Below are positions 38,698 through 52,030 of a stretch of 64,000 nucleotides of DNA, in pieces (the first letter of the stretch is position 1; each line of letters starts with the position of its first letter). Source of the DNA: Octopus sinensis (taxonomy: Eukaryota); contig NC_043011.1 in NCBI RefSeq assembly GCF_006345805.1, positions 25,742,464-25,806,463 of the forward strand, read 5' to 3'. The notes beneath the pieces were generated by a model. The model ran no database searches. It was given only the letters and a program-made list of their open reading frames with translations, and was not told where the DNA came from. Made by a program: the position numbers and the translations under genes.

Positions 38698-39300
38698 ACA
38701 GTTACCTCCCTTGAAAGCAGTTGTCCCATCCATTGGCCATTGGATGGCGCACGTCGTGGTGTTGCATTGTAGGAGAGTTAAATCTATAGCTTTTTGTTAG
38801 CGCAACCAAAGTGATTAGACGTATTTTCTTCCCGCTGCGAGTCAAGTGAAGCAACAGTCAAACATAACCACCTCTTAAGTGTATGAATACGAACGCACAG
38901 AAACTGCCTTTATCTCTCTATATACAAATACTGTTATTTGCATGCAGTATAAAGATTAAAATGACTTGCGGCCGTATTTGCAAATTCTTATCGTCTTTTT
39001 ATTCTCGTATTTGGAAAATCTGTACCGTCTTCGTTTCAGCTTTCTTTGTTAGGAGCAACAGTTCCTAATATATATATATATATATATTGTGTGAGTGTCT
39101 GTTTGGCACCAGCCACCTCTTGACAATCGGTGTCGGTGTGTTTACGTTCGCGTAATCAACCAGTACGGCAAAAGTGACCGATAGAATAAGTAACAGGTTA
39201 AAAAAAAAGTAAGTGCTGGGGTCGATTTCTTTCGGCTAAAATTCTATAAGGCGGTGCCCCAGCATGGCCACAGTCTAATGACTGAAACAAGTACAAGAAA
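38468..39300 (+). mobile_element. SINE family A head (38468-38660) and 3' half (39090-39300) separated by ~400 bp of other sequence
   Basis: Family similarity; possibly one SINE split by an insertion. Confidence 0.7.
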
Positions 39301-39629
39301 AAAAGAAAGATATTACAAAGATCATAAAGGTAATCACATATGTAATGCCATTTCGTTCTTTTTAGAAATCGTCGAACCATATTAAAGAACTACAACATGT
39401 AAATTATATTTATAATTATAATTATATTTAATTACATACAGAGAACTACAAGTTGCCAGTGATATTTTTATTTGGTATTATAGAGAAAAGGACTAAGAGA
39501 CATAGCATATATATTTGAAATTATAATGTAGGGGACTACAAAATAGAAATGATATTTTTGGAATTGCAATATAGGATTGTGAGATGCAAATTATATTTCC
39601 AGAACTACAAAGTACAACCGCAAGATCGT

Positions 39630-39830
39630 TTACTTTTTATCTTTTACTTGCTTCAGTCATTGGATTGCGGCCACACTGGGCCACTGCCTTGATGGGTTTA
39701 GTGGAGCAGATCTACACCAGCACTTATTTTTAAGTGTTGTTTGTTGTGCCGGCCTATTAAGTTATGGGAACGACGAAAACACACCAACACTGGTTGCCAA
39801 GCAGTGAAATGGGGACAAACACAAACAAAT
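39630..39830 (-). mobile_element. SINE family A 3' half
   Basis: Family similarity. Confidence 0.75.
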
Positions 39831-39853
39831 ACACACACGCGCTCGCGCGCACA

Positions 39854-39859
<6 letters not shown>

Positions 39860-39888
<29 letters not shown>

Positions 39889-40390
39889 CACACACTCACA
39901 TGTAAACACACGCACAAATATCAACACACACAAATACGCACACACATACATCAACACATCCACATACACAGACGCGTACACACGCACAAATACACACACA
40001 CATACATCAACACACCCACATACACACACGCGTATACACAAACTCGCAAATACACACACGTACACGCACAAATATACACACACATACATCAACACACCCA
40101 CATAGACACAGGCGTACACACACACAAATACACACATGCACACACACACATCAACACACAGAAATACACACACATACATCAACACACCCACATACACACA
40201 CGCGTATACACAAACTCGCAAATACACACACGTACACGCACAAATATACACACACATACATCAACACACCCACATAGACACAGGCGTACGCACACACAAA
40301 TACACACATGCACACACACACATCAACACACAGAAATACACACACATACATCAACACACCCACATAGACACACACAAATACACACACAAT
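39860..40390. repeat. CA-derived complex repeat with a 172-bp higher-order duplication
   Basis: cgcgtatacacaaactcgc at 40029 and 40201. Confidence 0.85.
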
Positions 40391-41149
40391 GTGTCGTTGG
40401 CCAGTTAGAGGAGATGTTCTCTGGAGCTAAAAACAACATTAGCATCGTTCTCTATGGGACCGCCACATTTAGTTGGTAATTATATCTTACGATTCCGTAC
40501 TGCTACTGCTTACTTCTCGCTCAGAGATTTAATATTGTAATTTCCGGGAAAACGGGGCTTATCCCTTGGTTTCGTTCTCATAATTGTTTCGCTAATCTAA
40601 TAACAACAATACAAGGTATGTAGCCCTTAAAACGATTTTTGTGCATTTACAGAGAATACCGAACTGTCTTACACAGGATCTTGGTTTTAGGAATTCCCAA
40701 TAAGTTATGAATACCCAAATTGTGAAGTTAGTTATGTAATAACATGAAATCAGTTACCTGATAGTAAGAATTCAAATAAAGTAGCCTAGAAAAGGGCTTT
40801 AATGCGCTCCCAGAGTATATCGAACATAGGAGGAAATACTAATAAGGTATGTATACTAAAATCGTGTTAATCAGGTTAATCAGATATGAGATAATAACAA
40901 GTCAAAGTAAATAACTCTGAAAAGGGCTTTTGTACGTTCCAGAGAATATTACCCTCAGGGGCGCAAGTGTTGGTATATTCGGGAATAAGTCACTAACCGA
41001 AATAAGTGGATATATTGTTTAGGAAAATACTATTTACTTGTTTAAGGATTGTACAAGATAAATTGCGAAAATAACTCTAACAGTTCAAATACTAAGAAAT
41101 AAGCATACTCAATTTCATTTTTACCAAATAATTTAGGAAAATGAATGGC

Positions 41150-41472
<323 letters not shown>

Positions 41473-41840
41473 TATGCGTCTACATTGGCGTATACAAAAT
41501 GAATACCCACATACACATTCATTATTTTTAATAACATTAATTAAGAGTATTACTTAAAAGTATTACTTTGGGAACATTGCTTAAACAACCCAATTTTATG
41601 ATTTCACTTGCAGTTTATAATAATATTACACGAACCAGAAACAAAGCAAAAGCGTGAGTTTGAAGCAACCATTTTTGCATGTGTGATTCACAAAGGTTTT
41701 TAAACAAAAGAACATAATGATAAGCGTTTTCTTCAAACTTTCATTTCATTTTCTTAAAATATTCAGCCAGTGGATATTTCAAAAGAAAACCAGGCCTGGT
41801 TTACCAGCTGATGACCAGAAACGAGTAACATATATTTATA

Positions 41841-42555
41841 CAAGAGTTGGACAAAATAATGGAAACACCTAGCATCATAGCATCATAATTTTGGAATATT
41901 TATAAAACCGTTAAAAGCTTGTTTATTTTTATGTTTTTTGATTTGTTATTAGTGCTTCATAATATGTTATGCTAAAATTGCTGTTTCTTTTCAGATATCA
42001 TCAGAAAATGGTAATTAAATTCATTAAAACGACAGATCTATCGGACTTTCAAAGAGGCACTAACGTAACGAAAACGGCCAAAATGTTTGGTGTATCAAAA
42101 AGTACTGTCTCGAAAGTAATGGCAACCTTTGAGAAAGAAGGAAAATCCTCCTCATCGAAGCAAAACTCCGGAAGAAAACCAAAACATTCAGATAGGGACC
42201 GTCGTACTCTTACGCGAATTGTTAGAAAGGATCAGAAAAGAACAGCTCCCCAAATTACTGCAGAGCTTAATGACGACCTCGAGAACTCAGTTTCCACAAA
42301 AAACTATTCGCCGGGAGCTGATCAAAGCTGGATTTCATGGGGGGGGGGGGGGCTGCAATCAGAAAACCACTACTTTCAAAAACAAATGTTGCAAAGCGTT
42401 TAGAGTGGAGTAAAAACATACGGAATTGGTCCCTAGAGCAGTGGAAGAATGTTATTTTCTCGGACTATTCATCCTTTACCTTATTTCTACTATCGGCCGA
42501 GTATACGTGCGGAGACAGTCAAAAGAAGCATTTGACCCAGACTACCTTTCAGGAT
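41841..42555 (+). mobile_element. 3'-truncated Tc1 transposon (5' TIR and transposase N-half)
   Basis: TA|caagagttggacaaaataatggaaacacc. Peptides [59 protein letters not shown]. Confidence 0.92.
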
Positions 42556-42558
42556 GCG

Positions 42559-42665
<107 letters not shown>

Positions 42666-42695
42666 CATATATACATACATACATACATACATACA

Positions 42696-42730
<35 letters not shown>

Positions 42731-42769
42731 TATGTATATATATATTTATATTTATAGATATATTTATAT

Positions 42770-42932
42770 AGTGCAAGAGTGGTTGTGTGGTAAGAAATTT
42801 GCTTCACCACCAAATGGTTTTGTGTTCAGCTCCACTGCGTAGCACTTTGGACAAGTGTTTTATACTATAGAGTAGGGCCGACCAAAGCCTCGTGAGTGAA
42901 TTTGGTTAACGGAAACTGAAAGAAACCCGTCG

Positions 42933-43027
<95 letters not shown>

Positions 43028-43210
43028 GTCTGTCTGTCTGTCTGTCTGTGTGAGTGTGTGTCTGTTATTGTCCTCGCTTGAGAGCCAGTGTTGATGTGTT
43101 TACGTCCCCGTAACTTAGCGGTTTGGCAAAGAGACGATAGAGTAAGTACCAGTCGACTCATTCGATAAAAAAAATTCTTCAAGGTGCTTCAGTATGGCAG
43201 CAGCCTAATC
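42770..43210 (+). mobile_element. SINE family A
   Basis: Family similarity; internal (TCTA)n. Confidence 0.8.
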
Positions 43211-44981
43211 ACGGGAACACGCAGAAGATAAAAGATGTAAGAGATATATAAGGGAAATAAGCAAAAGACCCAAAAAGTATGTATGTATGTATGTATACGC
43301 ACATGCATACATACATATAGCTATCTGAATACACACATCCTATCCATATATGTGTGTGTGTGTGTGTGAGCAAATGCATATATTCATACACATCGACATG
43401 CGAATGGTACGGGAACAGCGCAGCTGGTTCAATTTCATGCATTTCATTTCTCGAAGATCGATGAAATATTTACCAGTAATGTACGAGATTGATTGAAATC
43501 GTTATAACATGTCTTTAAAGAGATATGCTCCGAGAGCGGTTGGAGAATGGGGCAAAGAAAGGTTGAGGAAGCAGAACCATTATAGAAAGTAAAGAAATAA
43601 AAGGAAGGAAAAAAAAGAGAAAGAAGAGAGAGATAAAGGGAGGAATAGAGACAGGGAGAAAGTGAGAGAGAGTGAGAAGAGAGAGAAAGAAAGAGGGAGA
43701 GAGAGAAGAAGAGTAACAGAGGGAAAGTGAGAGAGAGAGAAGAGAGAGAAAGAGAGAGAGAAAGTGAGAGAAAGAGAAAAATGACGGAGGGAGAGAGAGG
43801 GAGTGAGAGAGAGAGAGAGAAAGGAGGTGAGCTTGATGAGTTCGGCACGTTTAGCTGATCCGTGCCAGGCTCTTCGGCGCCTGTAGAGAGATGAAAAACT
43901 GCCAAATTATAGCTTAGATTTCCAAATCTCATTATGTTGGCAGGTCACGGTGTGCAGCAGAATCTGTGGTGGTATGATATTGGTGATAAGACTAGGTCAC
44001 AAGTTCACATAAGGTCACCAACGATCTCAATATAACCATTTAATACTCGTTCTCTCGAGTCAAATGTAATGGAAGACAGCAGACGATTTTAGTGTAAGCC
44101 ACGATCCAGCATTTATTTTATCCGCTATCATTTAGTTTATTTTATTGTTGGAGTGTATTTCTGTGTGTGCGTACGTATGTACGACTCGTGTTTATGTTCA
44201 GTTTCTTAGTTGTTTTTTCAAATGTATTCATGTTCTTTGTTTAAAGGTAGTTTTAATTACTTTCTAAACGCTCACTATTGTTTTCTTTCTCCTCAGACGT
44301 CATACTATCTGCGCTCGTAGGGTTAACTGACTCCCCAAGTACTTTCAGGAGCAAAATAAGTAAATAAATGAACTGCGGAGAAGGGATGGGACAAGGTTAA
44401 CTGAGTTTTATGTTGTAGAGAAGAAACAGAAGAATGCTTAACGCTTCGCATGGTGGGCTTTCGTCACAAAAGAAGTAAAAATCAAGCTCTGTAAAAGAGT
44501 GTTTACAACGAATACCATTGAGTGAATATCCATTTTCACCACGTAGCCTAAACTATAAACAATATTTTTACGAAATTTCTGTTTTTTTTCTCTGCTTTTT
44601 CTTACTGAAGGAGCAGCATGTGGGTAGCATGAAGTAATTTTTCATTGAGATTGAATGAAAATTGAACCGAAGGAAGGAAAAGGGAGATAAAAAATATCGT
44701 TCGTTATTTCTAATGTATTTTTTTATTCACCGCCAGCTATTTTTCATTTAAGCAACGGCTGCTCAGGCTTATAGTAAATAGTTACGTAATGGCTGACTGT
44801 CTCTAGTGTTGTTTGAGTGTTGTTACTTTGCTAAACTACATTAAGAGAGAGAGAGAGGAAGAGAGAGACAGATAGACAGAGAAAGAGAGGGGGAGAGAGA
44901 GAAGGAGTGAGAGAGAAGTGGCTTTGAACTGACCATTGCTGGACTGACATACAGTCAACTAAACAAGCGGTTACCTATTAA

Positions 44982-44990
44982 TCACGTGAC
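44982..44990. promoter_or_regulatory. E-box/CLEAR-like motif TCACGTGAC in a unique non-repeat block
   Basis: Motif match only; no transcript evidence. Confidence 0.2.
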
Positions 44991-45301
44991 TTAAAAGCGT
45001 CTAGATTGTTCTAGAAACATCAGCGAGGTCATTGATCTTTTGACAGCAAATTCAATGGTTGGAAAACAATAGTCGTTGTAACTGTGTGGGCAGATTTGCA
45101 CGCATGGATAAATCTAGGCTAAAAATAGAATTGTTGACCAGATTTCCTACTTGCACCAAGTTTTGAAAATGTTCGTATTCCATGTTTTCGTATTTCGTAT
45201 GTCATGTTGTTTACGTTTTATGACGTATTGTACCCATATATGCATATGTGTATACAAATATATGTATGTATATGTATGTACATATATGTCTGTGTATATG
45301 C

Positions 45302-45403
<102 letters not shown>

Positions 45404-45590
45404 GTTAATCCAAACAAGAAAACACAGAAAAAAAGAGAAAGAAACACAGCAACGCGAGGACGTGGAACAATTAAGGTATTATTGACGCTCAGGAAAGAAG
45501 GGAAGGAGGGTTTAACGTTTCGAGCGGAGCTCTTCGTCAGAAACAAGGAGAAGGAAAGATCCCAAGAAGGGAAGACAGAGGAAAATATAT
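45404..45590 (-). mobile_element. Penelope-like terminal cassette, family beta
   Basis: Reverse complement of 50490-50682; HHR; ends ggattaac next to (TA)n. Confidence 0.7.
45510..45544 (-). ncRNA. Minimal type I hammerhead ribozyme (Penelope-type), canonical core
   Basis: Minus strand: gttt CTGACGA a gagc tcc gctc GAAA c GTT|aaac. Palindromic ACGT in place of helix III. Confidence 0.75.
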
Positions 45591-45663
45591 ATATATATAT
45601 ATATATTATTTACATTCATACACACACACACACATATATATATATACATACACATTATGCAGA

Positions 45664-46023
45664 TTAGTTTCAATATGTATATATTACATACATATTGAAA
45701 GTATTAAATGTGAAAGTATTAAATGTGAAAGTATTAAAAGTGAAAGTATTATCACACATTACAGTAGAGTTGTTATTGCTTCACTGTTGACACATAATAC
45801 TGAAATAATGTAAGAGATAAGAGATTGCTCCGAGCTCGCATTAGGCAAGAAGTTGAAGTTTATTTTGGCCCATGACACTGCATGGACCCTAAGTAAAGAA
45901 TGTGTAAAACTTGAATGAAATCGGTTGGGTAGTTCTCGAGTTTTAGTGATGCACACATACAGACACGCAGACAGACCGACATACTGACAGATATACACAC
46001 ATTCTCAGTTTTATATATATAGA
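45664..46023 (-). mobile_element. Non-autonomous Helitron
   Basis: 5' end A|TCTATATATATAAAACTGAGAATGTGTG at 46023; internal (tgaaagtattaaa.g)n. The 3' end (CTAA|T near 45664) is uncertain. Confidence 0.6.
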
Positions 46024-46059
46024 TTCATACTCTCACATACTTATGTATACACGCATATT

Positions 46060-46530
46060 TCTTCATTTCTGTTTCGATATTGCAGCGTACTGCTGGATGT
46101 ATCCGTCTTCAAACATCTTCCACACCCTCCTGTCCATTACCTTGCTCGTTCAAACCTGTCATGTATTTCCCGTGATCTCCTTCATGCATTCTTCTATGTT
46201 GTCTCTCCATCTCGTTTTGTGTCTGATCCCTCCCCTCCCTCCTCTCCTTACGCGCTTCTTGTGGAATTTACTCCATGGTTCTTCCCCATCTATTGACTTC
46301 TGTTTTGAGTGAATGATCGCCCCATCATCATCATTTTATTCCTGCTATTTCTTGAAGTATATCTCTGACTTCTATATTCCGCCTTATCTCTAATTCCGTC
46401 TTATCTCTGCATTCTCAATATAATATTTAACATTCTTCTTTTTCCTAGAATACTTCATTGTTCTGATTTTCGTTTTTCATTCTCTCGCTGACCTTCAATC
46501 TTCCACTCCCTTACACAACTGCAGGTAGCA
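46060..46530 (-). mobile_element. RTE LINE 3' end
   Basis: Frameshifted RWRDNIEE...DRRVWKMFEDGYIQQ. Confidence 0.65.
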
Positions 46531-46585
46531 CACATTGGTTGTTTCAGAAACTTCAGTGTATATATGTAGTGTATATGTATAGTAG

Positions 46586-46674
<89 letters not shown>

Positions 46675-46751
46675 CCTTTCTCTCTCTTTCTCTCCCTCTC
46701 TCTCTCTCTCTCGCTCTACCTATCTACCTACCTACCTACCTACCTACCTAC

Positions 46752-46885
<134 letters not shown>

Positions 46886-47094
46886 GTCTGTCTGTCAAAG
46901 GTGGTTTGCAGCCCCGAGGCTGGGATTTCCGGTTATTTACTATATATCTGCTCCTGGGAAGCTATCTTGAGTTGAGGCAGATATTAGGATTTTTGAGGGC
47001 TTTTGTTTTTCGTAGGATCTTGTTCCCTCTCAGTTAAGCAAAGACTACACTATTTAGTTCATATAATATATGGCTTCGTCATCTAGAGCATTCA

Positions 47095-47310
47095 TTATTT
47101 GATGTTGTACTTAATATTACTGTCTTCCAAAGTCCATATATGGCCTATTAATGTTCTCTTGTCCAGATGATTGAACGCTGACAAATGGTTGTATAACCGG
47201 TGCTTAAATCAAACCTAGTCATCCGATAAAACACTTCATCCCCGCCATAGCTTGAAACTGTGCATGAATAATTCCGTTAACATCCGTAAATAAGTAAAAT
47301 TTCACACTCC
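47095..47310 (-). mobile_element. Penelope-like GIY-YIG fragment
   Basis: Minus-strand peptide HRLYNHLSAFNHLDKRTLIGHIWTLEDSNIKYNI. Confidence 0.65.
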
Positions 47311-47845
47311 ATTTAAATCTCAATGTTTGTTGACTTATATAGCACATTGTGTACACAGATACAGATACATGAATACACGCACGCACTCGCTCACACACAT
47401 ACCCATGAATTTCCTATACTGAACACAACAAAGATTGTTACATCTAAATAAATCTTCAGTTGCAATCGTCTGCAAGTGTTAAAATAAAAACGCCGAACAA
47501 TCCCAAAATATCTCGAATTACATTTTGTTATTCCCCTTTATTCTTGGTCCTATTATATCTTCTTTCTAAAATCTATATTCAGTGCTACCGTCTATTATCT
47601 TTTTTCTTTCTCTGTCATCAATTTTTATCTTCTTCCTCCTATTGCCTTCATCATTTCTTCTTCGATATTTTGTTTCGCTTATCTTCTTCTTTGCCGGAAG
47701 TATTAATAACTCTCCGAGGAGAAGATACTTGTTTGGATGGTTGGTTCGTTGGTTGGCTTGTGGCTTGTTCGTTGGCAATTGTCAATGGAATATGCGTGTT
47801 CTCGCGTACAGGCAAACATACGTACATATTCACACACACACACTA

Positions 47846-47879
<34 letters not shown>

Positions 47880-48879
47880 GCACTGCCCATTCTATGAAAG
47901 ATCCACATCTCAAATGCTTCTATCTTCTTTTCCATTGCTCTGTACATCGTCCAATTTCTGCCTTGTAGAGAACTAGTAGACGCTTCGCATAATATAATTG
48001 TTTACTAGCTTCAGTCTTAGATGCAATATTATGTGTTTTGAAGTGAAAATATTTTTTATTCTTATAAATGTTGTTCTCGCCTTATCATTCTATCGCTGGG
48101 TGTTGGTGCTGGCTGCTGTGGTCAATGGTTTTCTTGATGAATGAAAATTTGTTTCTTGGGCTACGTGTAGAATTAAGTCAACGACTCCTGCGAACATTTA
48201 ACCGATTTTATTACCCCACATACAGACAACTGCGTTAGCCTTTTACGGATAACAACAGCAATAATTACATACTGGGAAAGAACTGCTGCTTGGAGTTTAC
48301 GGCGAGCTGTTGATACGGCAACATACGGCTTGCACTGGAAGCAGTTGTGCTATATTCTTGATAACGGAGGTTCCTGTCATGTATCTGTGCTATCTTTCTT
48401 ACCCGCCTTCCTGGGTCGTTTGGCTAGTAAAAATGTATGCCGTCTGATGTGGCAAGTATGGAGACATATACCGCTCAGGTGCCTCAGCATTCTGTAATTA
48501 ATTACCGCCAAAAGCGGCCTTTTAAAGGACACAAAAAAGAAGATTCTATAAGATTGAATTATGCGATGGCTTCACGCTGGTTGGTAGCTTAATAAACCGA
48601 TCGCGTGAAACTATCGTGGTTCGGTCGTGATGTCTGACCAGATATCCAGAGAATCGGTTTCGAATCCCTGCTACAATTCTTGGAGTAACTTTTTGTACTC
48701 TGTGACCTTGCTGATTTATTTCTCCTAAATACTTTTTTTAGTTGTTCAAAGGTCTGTCCATCTATTTTTTTATTAGCTTCCTTTTGTTCTGTTTTACAAA
48801 TAAACATTGCCTTCACCGTTATTACATTTATATTTAAGCAGTACTAGAAAAGCCGAAAGCCCGAAGACACCTATTGTCC

Positions 48880-49110
48880 AGAATCAAGTCTATAAATGTA
48901 TCATATTTTGAACAGACGATGCCCTACGAGTCATTGTCCAAGAGTATACTGACAGGAAGATTGGACGTGAAGAGAGCAAGAGGCCGTCAGAGACGTTTGT
49001 GGACTGACGACACCAAAGAATGGGTAAGAAACAGGATCTTGGCTCTGTAGTACAACATAAAGGAAACTGAAAAGTCTTGGTAAGCATCTGTTCGATGAAG
49101 AGGATTCATG
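48880..49110 (+). mobile_element. RTE LINE 3' end
   Basis: SLSKSILTGRLDVKRARGRQRRLWTDDTKEW. Confidence 0.75.
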
Positions 49111-49179
49111 AGTTTGATCAACTGAATAATCTGCTTCTGAATTAACAAGTGGCTGAGTATTCGACAGATACGTGCTATT

Positions 49180-49580
49180 AGTTCGTCCGTCGTGGTCGAC
49201 GATGACCATGGAAATTACATAGAAGACGTGGCACGGTGTGTTTGGCTGTGGCCAATCAGTTCGATGAGTGCTCGAAAGGCTCTGCCGCGGGTCGGGCACT
49301 GGTGGTCCGCTGGGACAGAAGACAAGGAGTTGGCTTTGGATTCGTGCTGTTCGGTTTTCTTTGTGCCTTTGCAATCCTGTTCTGATCGTAGGATGTGGCA
49401 CCTCTGTTGGTACAACGTCGCCAGGCAAGGCTGTCTTGTGCTTATGCTTCTTACGTGTCGGGGTTGATCTTAAAGCTCTTCAGTGAGGGATTGAGTGCAT
49501 CTTTGAGATGCTTCTTCTGTCCACCTTGGTCGCGCTGGCCTCCCGTGAGTTAGCTGAAAACAGCTTCTTGAGAAGTCACG
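49180..49580 (-). mobile_element. RTE-type LINE 3' end with terminal C2H2-like finger
   Basis: HQCPTRGRAFRALIELIGHSQTH, then catggtcatcgtcgaccacgacggacgaac. Confidence 0.78.
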
Positions 49581-49700
49581 TGTCACGCATTGACTTGACT
49601 TGCGCTCTCCTCAGTAATTTGTAAATGTTTGACAGATCAGTTCGAGAAAAGACTGCTGAGTATTGAATCAGGGCCACACAGTGTGTGCATTCTGTATGTG

Positions 49701-49791
<91 letters not shown>

Positions 49792-49868
49792 CACACATAC
49801 ATACATGCATACATTCATACATACATAAATACATATATTATATATATATGAATATATATATATATGTA

Positions 49869-49904
<36 letters not shown>

Positions 49905-49905
<1 letters not shown>

Positions 49906-50090
49906 TTTAACTCTTTTACTTGTATCAGCCATTTGACTGCGGCCATGCTGGAGCACCGCCTTCAGTCGAATTGACCACAGGACTTATTCTTTGTAAGCCT
50001 GGTACTTATTCTATCGGTATCTTTTGCCGGACTACTAAGTTACAGGGACGTAAACACACCAACATCAGTTGGGAGACAAACACAAACACA
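49905..50090 (-). mobile_element. SINE family A 3' half
   Basis: Family similarity. Confidence 0.85.
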
Positions 50091-50194
50091 CACATGCATA
50101 CATACATGCATACATACATACGTACATACATACATACATACATACATACATACATACATACATACATACATACATACATACATACATAACTGTA

Positions 50195-50468
50195 GATTTC
50201 TCAATAGTTCAGCATAGGTGTTAACATCCGCTGGGCAGCTAATTCCACAACTGTGCACAGTTTCTCTTCTCTATCCCAAATCATTATATCAGGTCTGTTA
50301 TGCTTACATTTTATTGAGGTCTTCACTGGTACATTCCACCAGTATTCCTTTTTATCATGAGTGGCTGTGGCTTCTACCATATTATGGGTTCTTATTTCTT
50401 TGTTCTCGGGGTTATCCTTCCGACGGATTTCATTATAGAATATCCTAGCTACAACATCATATCCCATC
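50195..50468 (-). mobile_element. R4/Dong REL endonuclease fragment
   Basis: EYWWNVPVKTSIKCKHNRPDIMIWDREEKLCTVVE. Confidence 0.85.
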
Positions 50469-50489
50469 GGTATGTATGTTTCACCTCGT

Positions 50490-50682
50490 GTGTACCGTTG
50501 GCGATTTTTTTTCTTTGTCTTCCCTTCTCTGGATCTTTCCTTCTCCTATGTTTCCGACGAAGAGCTCCGCTCGAAACGTTAAACCCTCCTTCTTTCCTTC
50601 TTTCCTGAGCGTCCAATAATACTTTATTTGTTCCACGTCCTCGCGTTGTTGTGTTTTTTTGTGCTTTCTTGTTTGGATTAAC
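50490..50682 (+). mobile_element. Penelope-like terminal cassette, family beta
   Basis: HHR motif; ends ggattaac|tatgtatg. Confidence 0.7.
50550..50584 (+). ncRNA. Minimal hammerhead motif with U4-to-C core change (sister copy of 45510-45544)
   Basis: gttt CCGACGA a gagc tcc gctc GAAA c GTT|aaac. Confidence 0.65.
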
Positions 50683-51029
50683 TATGTATGTATGTATGTA
50701 TGTATGTATGTATGTATGTATGTATGTATGTATGTATGTATGTATGTATGTATGCATGTATGTATGTTACATATATTCTTGTCTCGCAGTTTATTTCTGA
50801 AACTCCTATTATTTTTCTGAAGAGATAAACGGAAATAAAGTCATAGGTACAAATTTAGCTCAGAAAAAGTTTAAAATATCACATTTCATATAAATGCCAA
50901 AAATAAATGTTACGTAATTAAATGTTATTTTAAATGACTTATCATCCACCAATATTATAACTTGTACGCCATGGCAACAACAATTTTTATAATGCTATAT
51001 ATGCATATGAAAAATATTACATTGTTCTT

Positions 51030-51325
51030 TATTTTTTATCGTTTACTTCTTTCAGTAGCAAATGATCTGCGGCAATGCTGGAGCACCACGTTGAAGGGTT
51101 ACTAGTCGAACAAATAGAAAACTACTTGTGTCTTTTATGCCTGGTTCTTATTCCATTCATATCTTTTGCCGAACCGCTAGGTTACGTTGACGAAAACAAA
51201 CTAACACTCAGGGCATTATTTGGCTAGGGGCTATAGCAAAAGACTTGCCCAAGGAGTCGCACAGTGGGACTGAACTACAAATCACGTGGTTGCAAAGCGA
51301 GCTTCTTTACCACACAGCCATGCTT
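51030..51325 (-). mobile_element. SINE family A (internally deleted)
   Basis: Family similarity. Confidence 0.75.
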
Positions 51326-51557
51326 TCAATGTCTTAAATGATACAGAAAAAGAAAAATGAAAAAAAGACATTAAAAAAAAAAACAAACAAAAAAAGCAGA
51401 TGGATCTCTGAATGTTTCATTTGTTCGATCAACTCAACTACTTAATCATTAAACAAGTGTTGGAGTGAATGAGTCTTCCACTGAGTCCTTGTAACCTTTA
51501 TTGTTGTTTCTCAGATAGAATCAGAGTGAAACAGTAGATGACAATGCTAGCATGTAT

Positions 51558-51593
<36 letters not shown>

Positions 51594-51599
51594 CACACA

Positions 51600-51647
<48 letters not shown>

Positions 51648-52030
51648 ACGATCATGTGAGACTTGGGCCTTCACGGAGAGATAAGAGCAAAATCTGCTCA
51701 CAGCGCAGAGAGCCATGGAAAGGTCGATGTTGGGAATCTCGATAAGAGATCACATCCGGAACGAGGAGATCAGGGACGGAATTAGAATGAAGGACATCGT
51801 CGCAGAATACCACCACGCCGGTCATGTCGCATGGTTAAACAGACAATCGATGGGCCCGTGCAGTTGTCGAGTAGCACCCACGCGAACGGAAGAGACCACT
51901 TGGAAGACCTCCAGTCGGGTGGGAATATGATTTAAAAAAAGGGTGTTTGGAACAACGTGGAGGAGAACGGTGAAAGCACGCGGGGAATGGAACAAATGCT
52001 GTGGCCAGCGGAGCCGACTCGGCACCAGAC
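51648..52030 (+). mobile_element. RTE LINE 3' end
   Basis: CETWAFT, AQRAMERSMLGISIRDHIRNEEIR, AGHVA, RPLGRPP. Confidence 0.85.

Noticed and set aside
41808-41828. CTGATGA cca GAAA cgag TA
   Set aside because: Both HHR core halves are present but there is no helix II or helix I; at best a deleted remnant.
43820-43882. Strong minus-strand acceptor (tttttcatctctctacag) followed by GAEEPGTDQLNVPNSS
   Set aside because: No convincing donor before the GA microsatellite and no UNC-93 similarity.
48140-48820. Weak LINE endonuclease-like 'HVAQET' and a 'WGN' triplet on the minus strand
   Set aside because: Interrupted by stops; too weak to call either a LINE or the missing UNC93 exon.
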